Positions 9,919 to 18,980 of a DNA stretch of 64,000 nucleotides are shown here, piece after piece (within the stretch, counting starts at the first letter, position 1; every line of letters begins with the position of its first letter). The notes under the pieces are model-generated. The model saw nothing but the letters and a program-made list of their open reading frames with translations. It had not been told where the DNA came from and did no database searches. This DNA is from an uncultured Gammaproteobacteria bacterium (GTDB lineage Bacteria > Pseudomonadota > Gammaproteobacteria > JABCZS01): NCBI GenBank assembly GCA_963848305.1, contig CAWKDC010000001.1, positions 1,152,001-1,216,000 of the forward strand, read 5' to 3'. A program made the translations under genes and the position numbers.

Positions 9919-10772
9919 TCAAGAATGCTCCAATGCCACGGCCCTTTCAAGCGCGCGATCTTCCCATCGTAACATGTCTTCTTCTGGAATGGGATGATGT
10001 TGCAACGTGAATTGCTGGCGGATCCAGATGGCTTGAATCAATTGAGTCAATGATTTGTAATCTTGAACGCGTTCACGTAAATCTTGATTGGCAGCGTACT
10101 GATCTAAAAAAATATTTTCTTGTGTTTTGGATAAATTACAATAGGTAATGGCATAAGCAAGATCCCAGGCAGGGTCGCATTGGCCGGCAAATTCAAAATC
10201 AATCAACCATACCTTGTCGGTAGCGCATAAAAAATTGTGTGGATTTGGATCCATATGGCAAGGTTTGCTGACCACGTTAGGCCATTTTTGTGCGATTTTT
10301 TGTGCATAAGCTTCTAATAATGTGTAGCGAGGATCAAGTGTGAAATGCTGTCTAATATAGGCTAAATCGCGCGATAAAAAATCAAATAAAGGGAGTGATT
10401 CAAACACACAAGGACTCTCGTGCAATTGTTTGATGATCGCGGCCATGCCATGCAATTGTGCGTTGCTGATGCGGGTGGGGTCATCGCTGATCACGTGGCC
10501 CGGTAAGTATTCGCGAATGGCAACCCCTGTTTCGGGATCATCATAAACCGTTTGGGGCGTGATCCCAAAAGTTTTAATCGCTTCTACATGCACGGATTCT
10601 TGATAACGGTTCAGCCAAGGAACATTGGCGCGTGTGGGAATGCGCACGACATAGGCCTCATGTTCTCTTTTCAACAAATAAGTATGGTTAGACCAGCCAT
10701 CTAGGCGTGTGATCTCGAACGGCGGGCGGCTAATATGGGAAGGGTGTTGATCAGCTTATCAATCGTTATCAT
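9919..10772 (-). CDS. Choline/ethanolamine kinase-like phosphotransferase; N-terminus frameshifted near 10732
   Basis: CHMDPNPHN (Brenner-like motif), LIDFEFAG, DPAWDLA; in-frame upstream RLDGWSNHTY; ATG at 10772 overlaps the znuB stop (ATGA) but is one base out of frame. Confidence 0.8.
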
Positions 10773-11566
10773 GCGCGTACGATAACACTTTTTACTGTGT
10801 AAGCCAAGACAAACAATAGTACGCTGACTAAAACAATCATAGGGCCAGCGGGCAGGTCGAACCACAAGGACGATAATAACCCCCCTCCTACGGCTAAGCT
10901 GCCGCTGATCGCTGCTCCGAGCACCATGTCCTCGGGATTGCGGGCAAATGGACGGCTGCTGGCGGGAGGGATGACCAGCATGGCAGTGATCAGTAGAACC
11001 CCGAATATTTTAATGGATAAAGCAATGACACAGGCCAAGAGCAGCGTGAAAATCGTGTATTCTCGTGCGACGTGGATGCCATCGACGGCGGCCAAATCAG
11101 CATGTACTGTGCTCATCAGCAGCGCGCGCCAGCGCCATGCGATGATGGAGAGCACAATGGTGCCCATGATATAAATGCGCGCGATGTCCGTCATATTCGC
11201 ACCTAAAATATCACCGAATAAATAAGCGTATAAATCCGTTCTGAATGAAGGCAATAAAGATACGACGACGATACCGAGTGCCAATGATCCGTGCGCTAAA
11301 ATACCCAATAAAGTATCACTTGGTAATCGTGTGCGATTTTCCATGAATAATAAAAAGAGACTCACGAGCATGGCGCTCAATAAAATGCCATAAAATGGGG
11401 TGCTGAATGAAAAAGCTGCGCTGAGTGCAACGCCCAATAAGGCGGCGTGTGATAATGTATCACCGAAATAAGACAGCCTGCGCCAGACCACGAGCGAACC
11501 CAAGGGCGCGTACAACAGCGCAATGCCGATGCCTGCGATCAGTGCTTTGATTAAAAATGTGTACAT
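10769..11566 (-). CDS. znuB: Zinc ABC transporter permease
   Basis: LGSLVVWRRLSYFGDTLSHAALLG, DTLLGILAHGSLALG, YLFGDIL, DLPAGPMIV. Confidence 0.93.
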   Translation of the reverse strand: MYTFLIKALIAGIGIALLYAPLGSLVVWRRLSYFGDTLSHAALLGVALSAAFSFSTPFYGILLSAMLVSLFLLFMENRTRLPSDTLLGILAHGSLALGIVVVSLLPSFRTDLYAYLFGDILGANMTDIARIYIMGTIVLSIIAWRWRALLMSTVHADLAAVDGIHVAREYTIFTLLLACVIALSIKIFGVLLITAMLVIPPASSRPFARNPEDMVLGAAISGSLAVGGGLLSSLWFDLPAGPMIVLVSVLLFVLAYTVKSVIVRA

Positions 11567-11643
11567 GTTATCTTAACTCCACAAAGAGTGACGTGCTTCG
11601 CCCCCTATAAGCGCTGCGCGATTTCATCAGCTGTTTGAATACA

Positions 11644-12327
11644 CTATTGATGTTCATGATCATGCTTGTGTGCGTAAATGGCGGCGCTTTCGCCAAATAA
11701 ATGGATAAAAGCCGGATCCAATTTCACCACTTCTGGTGTACCCGAACAACAAATATGGTGGTTAAGACAAACCACCTGATCGGTTTTCGCCATCACCACA
11801 TGCAAATCATGTGACACCATTAAAACGCTGCAATGAAGCCGATCGCGCGCGGCTAAAATCAAACGATAAAATTCAGTTTGGCCATTGACGTCAACGCCTT
11901 GTAAAGGTTCATCTAATATCAAACAGTCGGGTTTGTTCATCAATGCGCGCGCCAGCAAGACACGTTGCAATTCACCGCCGGATAGCACGTGCATGGATTT
12001 ATCGATTAAATGTGTCGCGCGCACATCTTCTAGCACGGTATGATCAAATGCCGGTCCCAGTGTTAAAAATCGTCCAACAGTGAGTGGCAGCGTGGGATCG
12101 ATGTGAAGTTTTTGGGGCATGAAACCAATGCGTAACCCGGGCTTTTTCTCGATGCGCCCTGTCGTGAGGGGTATCAATCCCAGCATCGCGCGCAATAAGG
12201 TTGTTTTGCCGCAACCGTTAGGTCCTATCAGGGTGATGATTTGGCCCGCATCCATTTGGAGCGAGATATCGCGCAAAATCCAACGACCGTCGCGTTGAAC
12301 CCCGAGGCTGTCGAGTCGCAGTTGCAT
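11644..12327 (-). CDS. znuC: Zinc ABC transporter ATPase
   Basis: GPNGCGKTT, LSGGELQRVLLARAL, VSHDLHVVMAKTDQVVCLNHHICCSGTP, His-rich tail. Confidence 0.95.
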   Translation of the reverse strand: MQLRLDSLGVQRDGRWILRDISLQMDAGQIITLIGPNGCGKTTLLRAMLGLIPLTTGRIEKKPGLRIGFMPQKLHIDPTLPLTVGRFLTLGPAFDHTVLEDVRATHLIDKSMHVLSGGELQRVLLARALMNKPDCLILDEPLQGVDVNGQTEFYRLILAARDRLHCSVLMVSHDLHVVMAKTDQVVCLNHHICCSGTPEVVKLDPAFIHLFGESAAIYAHKHDHEHQ

Positions 12328-12512
12328 AAGGGTATTCCTGGCTAAAGGGGTCACCTTAGCATGATTCTACACGGCGCTCAAGGGCACCGCCCATAGATCG
12401 TCTGCAACAGGCAGTATGGTATCGCCATCATCAGGCGATGTTTATGGGGCTGATGCGCAGTGTTGACTTCTAGCCCGGGGATGAGGTTATTCTCGCTGGA
12501 AGTAGATCTTGG

Positions 12513-12935
12513 TCACTCGCAGGTGGTGGGAATGTTCGGGTTGATGACAACTTCAAAGATATTGGGGTTTGCTTGTCCCTCTCCAGTATGTTGAAACGTC
12601 TGAGATGCATAGTCTTGATAAAAGATATTGCCATTGATATCCCTATAGCCCATTTTGAATGCAACAACATAGGTTCCAGGGGCATTTGACATTTTAAAAT
12701 CCAGCTGATAATTTGAGTTTAAGCACATTTCCTCTTCCATCACGGTTGTGCCATTCCACGTATAAGATAGCAGCATCATGTACCCCTCAGTCATAGGATC
12801 AGGTAGGCTATCGACAAAATGGGTGCAGTGGGCATAATCCTGCGGGTTATACCTCGTGCAGTCAAGGGGGGGATCTGCAGCAACGGCAGCGAATGAAATC
12901 ATTAAAAGGGCGGATGATAACCATATGTTTTTCAT
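12513..12935 (-). CDS. Secreted hypothetical protein
   Basis: Signal peptide MKNIWLSSALLMISFAAVAA; 4 Cys; no family recognised. Confidence 0.65.
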   Translation of the reverse strand: MKNIWLSSALLMISFAAVAADPPLDCTRYNPQDYAHCTHFVDSLPDPMTEGYMMLLSYTWNGTTVMEEEMCLNSNYQLDFKMSNAPGTYVVAFKMGYRDINGNIFYQDYASQTFQHTGEGQANPNIFEVVINPNIPTTCE

Positions 12936-13162
12936 GAGAATTCCCACAGTTAATGTGCTGCTAGGCTGCATATTACTACAGTTTGCTAAATGTCGTCAAG
13001 GACGCCATTACTGGGTAGTATTTTACCGAGTTATCGATTATACTGGCCTGTCGATTCTGGTTGAAAAGAGGGGGGGGGGCGCGATGTCTGCGTTTGAGCA
13101 GTTCAACACTGTGGACAATCAACAGGCGCTCATAGAAGGGTTAACAAAAGCAGTACAAGAGC

Positions 13163-13468
13163 ATGTTCGGCAAAAATAAGCAATTCATACCTCACTATTT
13201 TGTATCCTTCATGATGATCCTCGTTATGCTGAGTGCTGTTTTGCTTTCAGGCTTTCATCAACATGATGTCGGCGATCATAGTGTTGTTGAACAGGGTTGC
13301 GATATCTGTGTGTTTGTTAAGCAAACAGGTGCTGGGGTGTTGCCAGCGCTGCTCGCCGTGATAGTTGCCCTCACCTACCGTTTTGTCGCACGCTTTCATA
13401 CTTTTTATATTTTTATTCCAGCCACCGTTTATACGGCATCTTCCCCGCGCGCCCCGCCTGTTGTTTAA
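13163..13468 (+). CDS. DUF2946-like metal-binding leader protein with C-terminal RAPP motif
   Basis: N-terminal hydrophobic helix, HQH, CDIC, ending SSPRAPPVV; same layout as CruR/CutF-type upstream ORFs. Confidence 0.75.
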   Translation: MFGKNKQFIPHYFVSFMMILVMLSAVLLSGFHQHDVGDHSVVEQGCDICVFVKQTGAGVLPALLAVIVALTYRFVARFHTFYIFIPATVYTASSPRAPPVV

Positions 13469-13498
13469 CGTTGATCAATGCTATTCATATCACGTTAA
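13465..13498 (+). promoter_or_regulatory. Stem-loop between the RAPP ORF stop and the downstream RBS
   Basis: TTAACG(T)TGAT 13465-13475 pairs with ATCACGTTAA 13489-13498; RBS-like AAGGG at 13501-13505; ATG at 13515. Confidence 0.55.
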
Positions 13499-13514
13499 GT
13501 AAGGGCTTTTTTAT

Positions 13515-14832
13515 ATGCACTCTCACTCTCATACTCATGGGGCCGCGTGCGCCTCGGGACATTCCCACGCATGCAATCACACATTCCAGGGCAAAAATCT
13601 TTTTTTAAAAGGATTGAGCTGGTTTTCGAATACTTGGGTCATTCGCAAAGGACGAGATTTGTACAGCGAACATTGGGTTCCTTTTTTATTTTGGCTCGGC
13701 GATAAAATATTTGATGGTCGTCTCAATGCAGGTACCGCAGCAAGGAACAGCCGCGCAGTTCGCTTGGTGGCGAATGCTGTGCAACTCGCGATATTATGTA
13801 TCGTGATTGAGGAAATAGGCTTCAAACATTTTGTCAATTGTGGCGCAGAAATATCGCTGGATGATACCGAGGGTCGTACGACATCAGCCATGATGGGTTT
13901 GAATATGCTGGCCGTGTTAGTGGGCAGTGCTGCGAACCACCATAAAATTCAGCAATCTTATGATATGCAGGTGCTGCAACAAGAGCGATTCAATGCACGG
14001 GAAAATACGCACGATGAAGTGCCACACGGGTTGAATGCCCCTGCTGCCATATTATGGATGCAGTTCTGGCGTTATTTACATGATGCGAATGGATTGATCG
14101 GCACGTTGCTGAGTTTCATCATATTCATGGATTATGTGGATTGGATTGAGACGCCGCCGCATCAAACCGGTGTGATATTTTTAGCGAGTCGCGCGATGGC
14201 GCTCGTCTCTGTTTTGTTCGCGCCGATCAGCACCTGGTACCGTTTGCATGTGTATAAAAATGAATTGGCAAAGGGTGCGAGATCGTACATGAATGATCCA
14301 GGTATTAATGCTGCAGTGAATCAAGTGCTGTGCAAAGTGAAAGACAGCCGCGAAAAAACATTATTGGCTTACAATGTTTATTGTGCTTATGAGCGTGTGA
14401 AAACAACCAATCAAAAAATATCCGAGATGCAAGCATTACTGGCACAGTATCTCACGGATGACCAAGTCGATATTAACAAGATCAAACATTTTGCTGGTCA
14501 GAATGATTTTGGATCAAATGGATGCATTTCATTTTATTGAGCTGAAGTTCGAGGCGGTTTTGAGGGAAAGACCTACGAAGACCGAGGCCATCATCATTGA
14601 TGAAAAACCCATTAAAGAGGGCGTCAACGAAGCCTTATTAACACAAGCCATGCATAGTGCGGATCGAACTGATTTTGATACATTGAAGGGCACAGTATTG
14701 GTGAAGGATCCCGTCACTTTTCAGTGGGGATTTAACCCCGACAGCCTGAAGGCACGTCCACATGAAACACACCTTCATGGACAAGTGCCCGCTTTAACAA
14801 GGATTTTGGAAATCACTGGACAAAAAAAATGA
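13515..14832 (+). CDS. Unknown membrane protein with His/Cys-rich N-terminus; probably one gene frameshifted near 14490
   Basis: MHSHSHTHGAACASGHSHACNH plus ~4 hydrophobic segments (13515..14540); removing one T from the T4 run at ~14489-14492 joins ORF 14458..14832. Confidence 0.6.
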
Positions 14833-14877
14833 TTTAGGGAATAATACCGTCATAAAGCTATAACAAGAGGGGCAACC

Positions 14878-15696
14878 ATGTCATTGACGCATCTAGGTAA
14901 ACAATCCGTCTATTTTCAAACTTATACCCCCAGCCTGCTGGAACCTATTCCACGGGCAATCAGCCGTGCATCACTGGGTATTCATCCCACCAGCCCCCTG
15001 CCCTTTCACGGGGCGGATATTTGGAATGCCTATGAAATTTCCTGGTTGGATGATAAAGGCAAGCCGGTCGTGGCCGTTGGCGAATGTCGCGTGGATTGCG
15101 GCAGTCCGAATTTGATTGAATCGAAATCATTCAAATTGTATTTAACGAGTTTTTCACAATCGCGCTTCAAGCATATTGAAATGGTGCGCGATACCATTTC
15201 CCGTGATTTAACCGCGGCTGCAGGTATGCCCGTTCACATGATCTTATCGCCTTTGGCAGATGCGCAAGGCAGCTTGTATACAAGTTTGCCCGGTGTGTCG
15301 TTGGACAACCTGGATATTGCCTGTGAACCCACTGACGATGCGTCTCTACTGCATACCCATAACGGGGCTATGGTGAAAGAAACGTTGACGTCTGATTTGT
15401 TGAAATCGAATTGTCCTGTGACGGGTCAGCCGGATTGGGGCAGCGTGCAAATACAATATACTGGTCAGAAAATAGATCATGCCGCGTTGTTGCGTTACAT
15501 CATTCATTTTCACCATGAACAAGAATTTCATGAGCATTGTGTTGAAAAAATGTTTGTCGATATTCTCGCGCGCTGCCAACCGACGTCACTCACGGTATAT
15601 GCGCGCTATACTCGTCGAGGGGGTTTAGATATTAATCCGTACCGCAGTACAGAGAAGGCGGTTTTTCTCGATAATATTCGTTTGGTGAGGCAATGA
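14878..15696 (+). CDS. queF: NADPH-dependent preQ0 reductase (bimodular)
   Basis: WNAYEISWL, LIESKSFKLY, LLKSNCPVTGQPDWGS, EFHEHCVE, YARYTRRGGLDINP. Confidence 0.97.
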   Translation: MSLTHLGKQSVYFQTYTPSLLEPIPRAISRASLGIHPTSPLPFHGADIWNAYEISWLDDKGKPVVAVGECRVDCGSPNLIESKSFKLYLTSFSQSRFKHIEMVRDTISRDLTAAAGMPVHMILSPLADAQGSLYTSLPGVSLDNLDIACEPTDDASLLHTHNGAMVKETLTSDLLKSNCPVTGQPDWGSVQIQYTGQKIDHAALLRYIIHFHHEQEFHEHCVEKMFVDILARCQPTSLTVYARYTRRGGLDINPYRSTEKAVFLDNIRLVRQ

Positions 15697-15699
15697 TTC

Positions 15700-16596
15700 A
15701 TGAAAATGTTACAAGTTCTTTTCTGCTGGTTAATGATGATGGGTGCTGCATGGGCCGATGCGCCTACTGTAGTGGTCAGCATTCTGCCACTTTATCATAT
15801 TGCTCAAGCCGTGATGGGCAAAGCGGGTACCCCGGTGTTGCTCGTTCCCCCAGAGTCTTCTGAGCACAGCTATTCCTTAAAGCCGAGCCAGTATGCCGCG
15901 CTTAAAAACGCTGATGTGGTGATTTGGATTAGCCCGGAGATGGAAACTTTCCTGGTTGATGCCATGGCGCAAGTGCCTCCAGCGAAGCAGATGGTGCTCA
16001 TCAATGAGCCAACCCTGATCCGCTACAATCTGCGGATAAGCGGTGGTACCCTTCCTCAAAAAGACCCGCATCTTTGGCTGGATCCCCTCAATGCCATGAC
16101 AGTGGCTAAACAATTGGAAAAACGCCTGAGTGCACTCGATCCCGAGCATGAACGTCTATATCAGCACAATGTCGATGCCTTCATCGACAAAATATCCACC
16201 CTGAACACAGATCTCGACAACAGGCTTTCTCCCATCCAATCAATGCCTTACTTGGTTTATCATGACGCCTTTCAATATTTTGAAAAGCGCTATGGACTGC
16301 GCAGGCTGGACAGTATTTCTGCCCGGCCAGATGTTCCCAACAGCGCCGCCCGCTGGGTAGAGATGAGCAGGCTATTGAAGTTTGAAAAGATACATTGTAT
16401 ATTCAGTGAGCCTCAATACCAAACGGGTCAGCTGAAGCAATTTGCGCTGGAAAACCACGTGGAGTTGGGAACCCTGGATCCGATTGGCACTGAAAAGCCG
16501 TCGGGAACTGAGGGGTACGCAGCCTTGCTGAACGGCATTGCTGATGGGCTGATCGGGTGTTTGAATCGCCCAGTGCTGCGTATCGAGGTGAAGTAA
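15700..16596 (+). CDS. znuA: Zinc ABC transporter substrate-binding protein
   Basis: VVVSILPL, SEHSYSLKPS, DPHLWLDP, VYHDAFQYFE, CIFSEPQ, LDPIG; lacks a His-rich loop. Confidence 0.88.
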   Translation: MKMLQVLFCWLMMMGAAWADAPTVVVSILPLYHIAQAVMGKAGTPVLLVPPESSEHSYSLKPSQYAALKNADVVIWISPEMETFLVDAMAQVPPAKQMVLINEPTLIRYNLRISGGTLPQKDPHLWLDPLNAMTVAKQLEKRLSALDPEHERLYQHNVDAFIDKISTLNTDLDNRLSPIQSMPYLVYHDAFQYFEKRYGLRRLDSISARPDVPNSAARWVEMSRLLKFEKIHCIFSEPQYQTGQLKQFALENHVELGTLDPIGTEKPSGTEGYAALLNGIADGLIGCLNRPVLRIEVK

Positions 16597-16624
16597 ACCG
16601 TAGTCAACAACTGAGGTACTGAAA

Positions 16625-17365
16625 ATGAAGCAATGGGTGAAGTGTTTAATCGTCGCAGCGATGTCTCTGACGTTAGCGAATTGTGTGGGAACAACCACTG
16701 CCATCAGCAAGCGCGATTTAGCCACAGAAAATAAAATGAGTAACACGGTATTTCTCGAGCCCACAGCCGCAGAAAATCAAACCGTGTATGTTCAAGTGCG
16801 CAACACCACCGATGTACCCGCTTTAAACGTTGAAGAGTCAGTCAAAACGAGTTTGCGCATGAAAGGCTATCAAATCGTGAGTGACCCAAAGAAAGCACAA
16901 TATATGTTGCAGGCCAATGTGTTGTCTGCAGGCCAAATCGATCCTGAGACGCGCGATGATGTATTGGCCTCTGGGTATGGAGGAGCATTGTCCGGGGGTG
17001 TTGTGGGTGCAGGCACAGCTGCTGTGTTCGGGGGGCAACAATCAGCGGTGATCGGCGGTGCATTGGTCGGTGCTGCGATTGGCATGCTTGTTGATGCGAG
17101 CATCAAGGATGTGACATACGGCGTGACGACCGATATTCAACTGTCTGAAAAAACAAGCAACGGTTCAGTGGTCACGAAAACATCGCAAGGTAAATTGAAA
17201 CAAGGCAGCGATACCACCATTCAAACCAATCAGCAAACGAAAGATAACTGGCAACGTTATCAAACCCGCGTGGTCAGCACGGCGAACAAAGCCAATTTGA
17301 AGTGGGACGAAGCGGCCCCTGCTTTGGCAGATGGATTGTCGAAGACGATTGCGGGAATATTCTAG
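16625..17365 (+). CDS. traT: TraT-family outer-membrane lipoprotein
   Basis: Lipobox LANC; KMSNTVFLEP, YMLQANVL, Gly zipper, TDIQLSEK, YQTRVVSTANKANLK, IAGIF. Confidence 0.88.
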   Translation: MKQWVKCLIVAAMSLTLANCVGTTTAISKRDLATENKMSNTVFLEPTAAENQTVYVQVRNTTDVPALNVEESVKTSLRMKGYQIVSDPKKAQYMLQANVLSAGQIDPETRDDVLASGYGGALSGGVVGAGTAAVFGGQQSAVIGGALVGAAIGMLVDASIKDVTYGVTTDIQLSEKTSNGSVVTKTSQGKLKQGSDTTIQTNQQTKDNWQRYQTRVVSTANKANLKWDEAAPALADGLSKTIAGIF

Positions 17366-17448
17366 GGTGAGAAACGCGTAGGGGCAAAGCATAAGATTGA
17401 ACACGAGTGCTCTTGTTTTCTGGCAATGGTATGTGACTGATGCTCGGG

Positions 17449-17498
17449 TATCATAATACACGTTGTTGACACAGGCGTCAACAACGTGTATTATGATA
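17449..17498 (+). promoter_or_regulatory. AbiE promoter/operator: perfect 22-bp inverted repeat overlapping -35 and -10
   Basis: TATCATAATACACGTTGTTGAC-ACAGGC-GTCAACAACGTGTATTATGATA; TTGACA 17466-17471, 17-bp spacer, TATTAT 17489-17494. Confidence 0.85.
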
Positions 17499-17512
17499 TC
17501 AAGAGGTGTAAA

Positions 17513-18277
17513 ATGCGTACCCCAAAGCAAGTCATTGAAATATTTCATTTATTATTTTTAAACCAGCTGAGTCAAGGGCTAGATAAACGTTTATATGCTC
17601 TAAAAGGGGGCTGTAACCTTCGCTTTTATTGTAAAAGCATTCGATACTCAGAGGACATGGATATCGATATCCAAATCATCGAACGCCATACTTTGGAAAA
17701 TAAAGTCAATCGTATTTTGACGAGTGCTGCATTTGTTCATATTCTTAAATCTTATGATATTCAAATTAGTCATGTTTCTGCGCCCAAGCAGACGGAGACT
17801 GTGCAACGATGGAAAATTGCCCTCAAAACACCTGCAACACAAATGCCATTGCCGACAAAAATTGAATTTTCTAGACGCACCATGACCACTGACATCATGT
17901 TTTCAGCGGTGGATCGCCAATTGCTTGCAGCATATGAAATGACGCCTATCCTGTCTAATCATTATACAAAAGAAGCCATGTGGGAACAAAAAATACTTGC
18001 ATTGGCGCACCGTACACAAACACAAGCCAGAGACATATTTGATTTGTATTTATTGTTAGGACAACAGAATAAAAAAATGGCGATCAAAAACATTGATATT
18101 GAAACGATACAACAAGCAAAAGAGAATGCAAAACTGATTCACTATGAGGATTACACATCACAAGTGGTTGCCTATTTGCTTCCAGAATATCAAGCGCAAT
18201 ATGGCTACGAAGAGATTTGGGCGGATATCATACAATCGGTTGATCATGCGTTGGAACAATATCATGAAAAGCATTGA
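17513..18277 (+). CDS. AbiEii/AbiGii-family nucleotidyltransferase toxin (type IV TA)
   Basis: LKGGCNLRF..RYSEDMDID, TKIEFS, EQKILAL..RTQTQARDIFDL. Confidence 0.88.
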   Translation: MRTPKQVIEIFHLLFLNQLSQGLDKRLYALKGGCNLRFYCKSIRYSEDMDIDIQIIERHTLENKVNRILTSAAFVHILKSYDIQISHVSAPKQTETVQRWKIALKTPATQMPLPTKIEFSRRTMTTDIMFSAVDRQLLAAYEMTPILSNHYTKEAMWEQKILALAHRTQTQARDIFDLYLLLGQQNKKMAIKNIDIETIQQAKENAKLIHYEDYTSQVVAYLLPEYQAQYGYEEIWADIIQSVDHALEQYHEKH

Positions 18278-18896
18278 TGCCTACCAAAAAATCCTTGAAC
18301 TTGATGTGTCCGTTTTTCAAACACGTGACATAGTGGCTTATTTTAATATTAATACCAGTCATGCCAGTAAAATATTAGAACGTTTGGCAGAATCATCACA
18401 AATCATTCGGCTTTCACGGGGTCGATGGGGAATTAAAGATCGCATTGATATTTTACAGTTGCCTGAGCTGCTCACAGCACCTTATCCGAGTTATATTTCA
18501 CTGCAAACCGGATTGTATTATCAAGGTATGATCTCACAAGTGCCCACTGTGATATATGCAGTATCGTTGGGGCGTACAAAGCGGATCAGTACGCCATTAG
18601 GTACGATTTCAATACATCATGTACAGCCCGAGTTTTTTTATGGATTCAATACGGATGAAAAAACACATATTAAAATAGCCACACCTGAAAAGGCCATTAT
18701 TGATATTTTATATTTGAGTCCCAATAAAACAAGACTGTTTGCCTCTTTGCCAGAGATAGAATGGACTGTTCAGTTTAATCAAGATCTGGCAAGGCAATAC
18801 ATCGACATGATTCCCTCGTCAAGTCGCAGAACACTGGTAAAAACCCTTTTTGACCAATTGATATCTCGAGGCTATATTTATACCTCTCGTACTTGA
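18264..18896 (+). CDS. AbiEi-family antitoxin / transcriptional regulator
   Basis: N-terminal wHTH (..IRLSRGRW), PSYISLQTGLYYQGMISQVP, IATPEKAIIDILY. Confidence 0.85.
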   Translation: MKSIDAYQKILELDVSVFQTRDIVAYFNINTSHASKILERLAESSQIIRLSRGRWGIKDRIDILQLPELLTAPYPSYISLQTGLYYQGMISQVPTVIYAVSLGRTKRISTPLGTISIHHVQPEFFYGFNTDEKTHIKIATPEKAIIDILYLSPNKTRLFASLPEIEWTVQFNQDLARQYIDMIPSSSRRTLVKTLFDQLISRGYIYTSRT

Positions 18897-18980
18897 ATAT
18901 GCGAATCCTGGCTGCCTCGTGCAGACCTCTCCCATCAAGTACAAGAAATATAGCATTCGTGTATATCAGGAATCATTATT

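Noticed and set aside
12389-12450. Imperfect long hairpin upstream of znuC as a possible riboswitch
   Set aside because: Pairing (GCCCATAGA..TTTATGGGGC) is visible but no known aptamer consensus was recognised; an Rfam cmscan would be needed.
16625-17365. traT as evidence of a conjugative plasmid or ICE
   Set aside because: No other tra/trb genes; it follows znuA in a housekeeping context, and stand-alone chromosomal TraT homologues are known.
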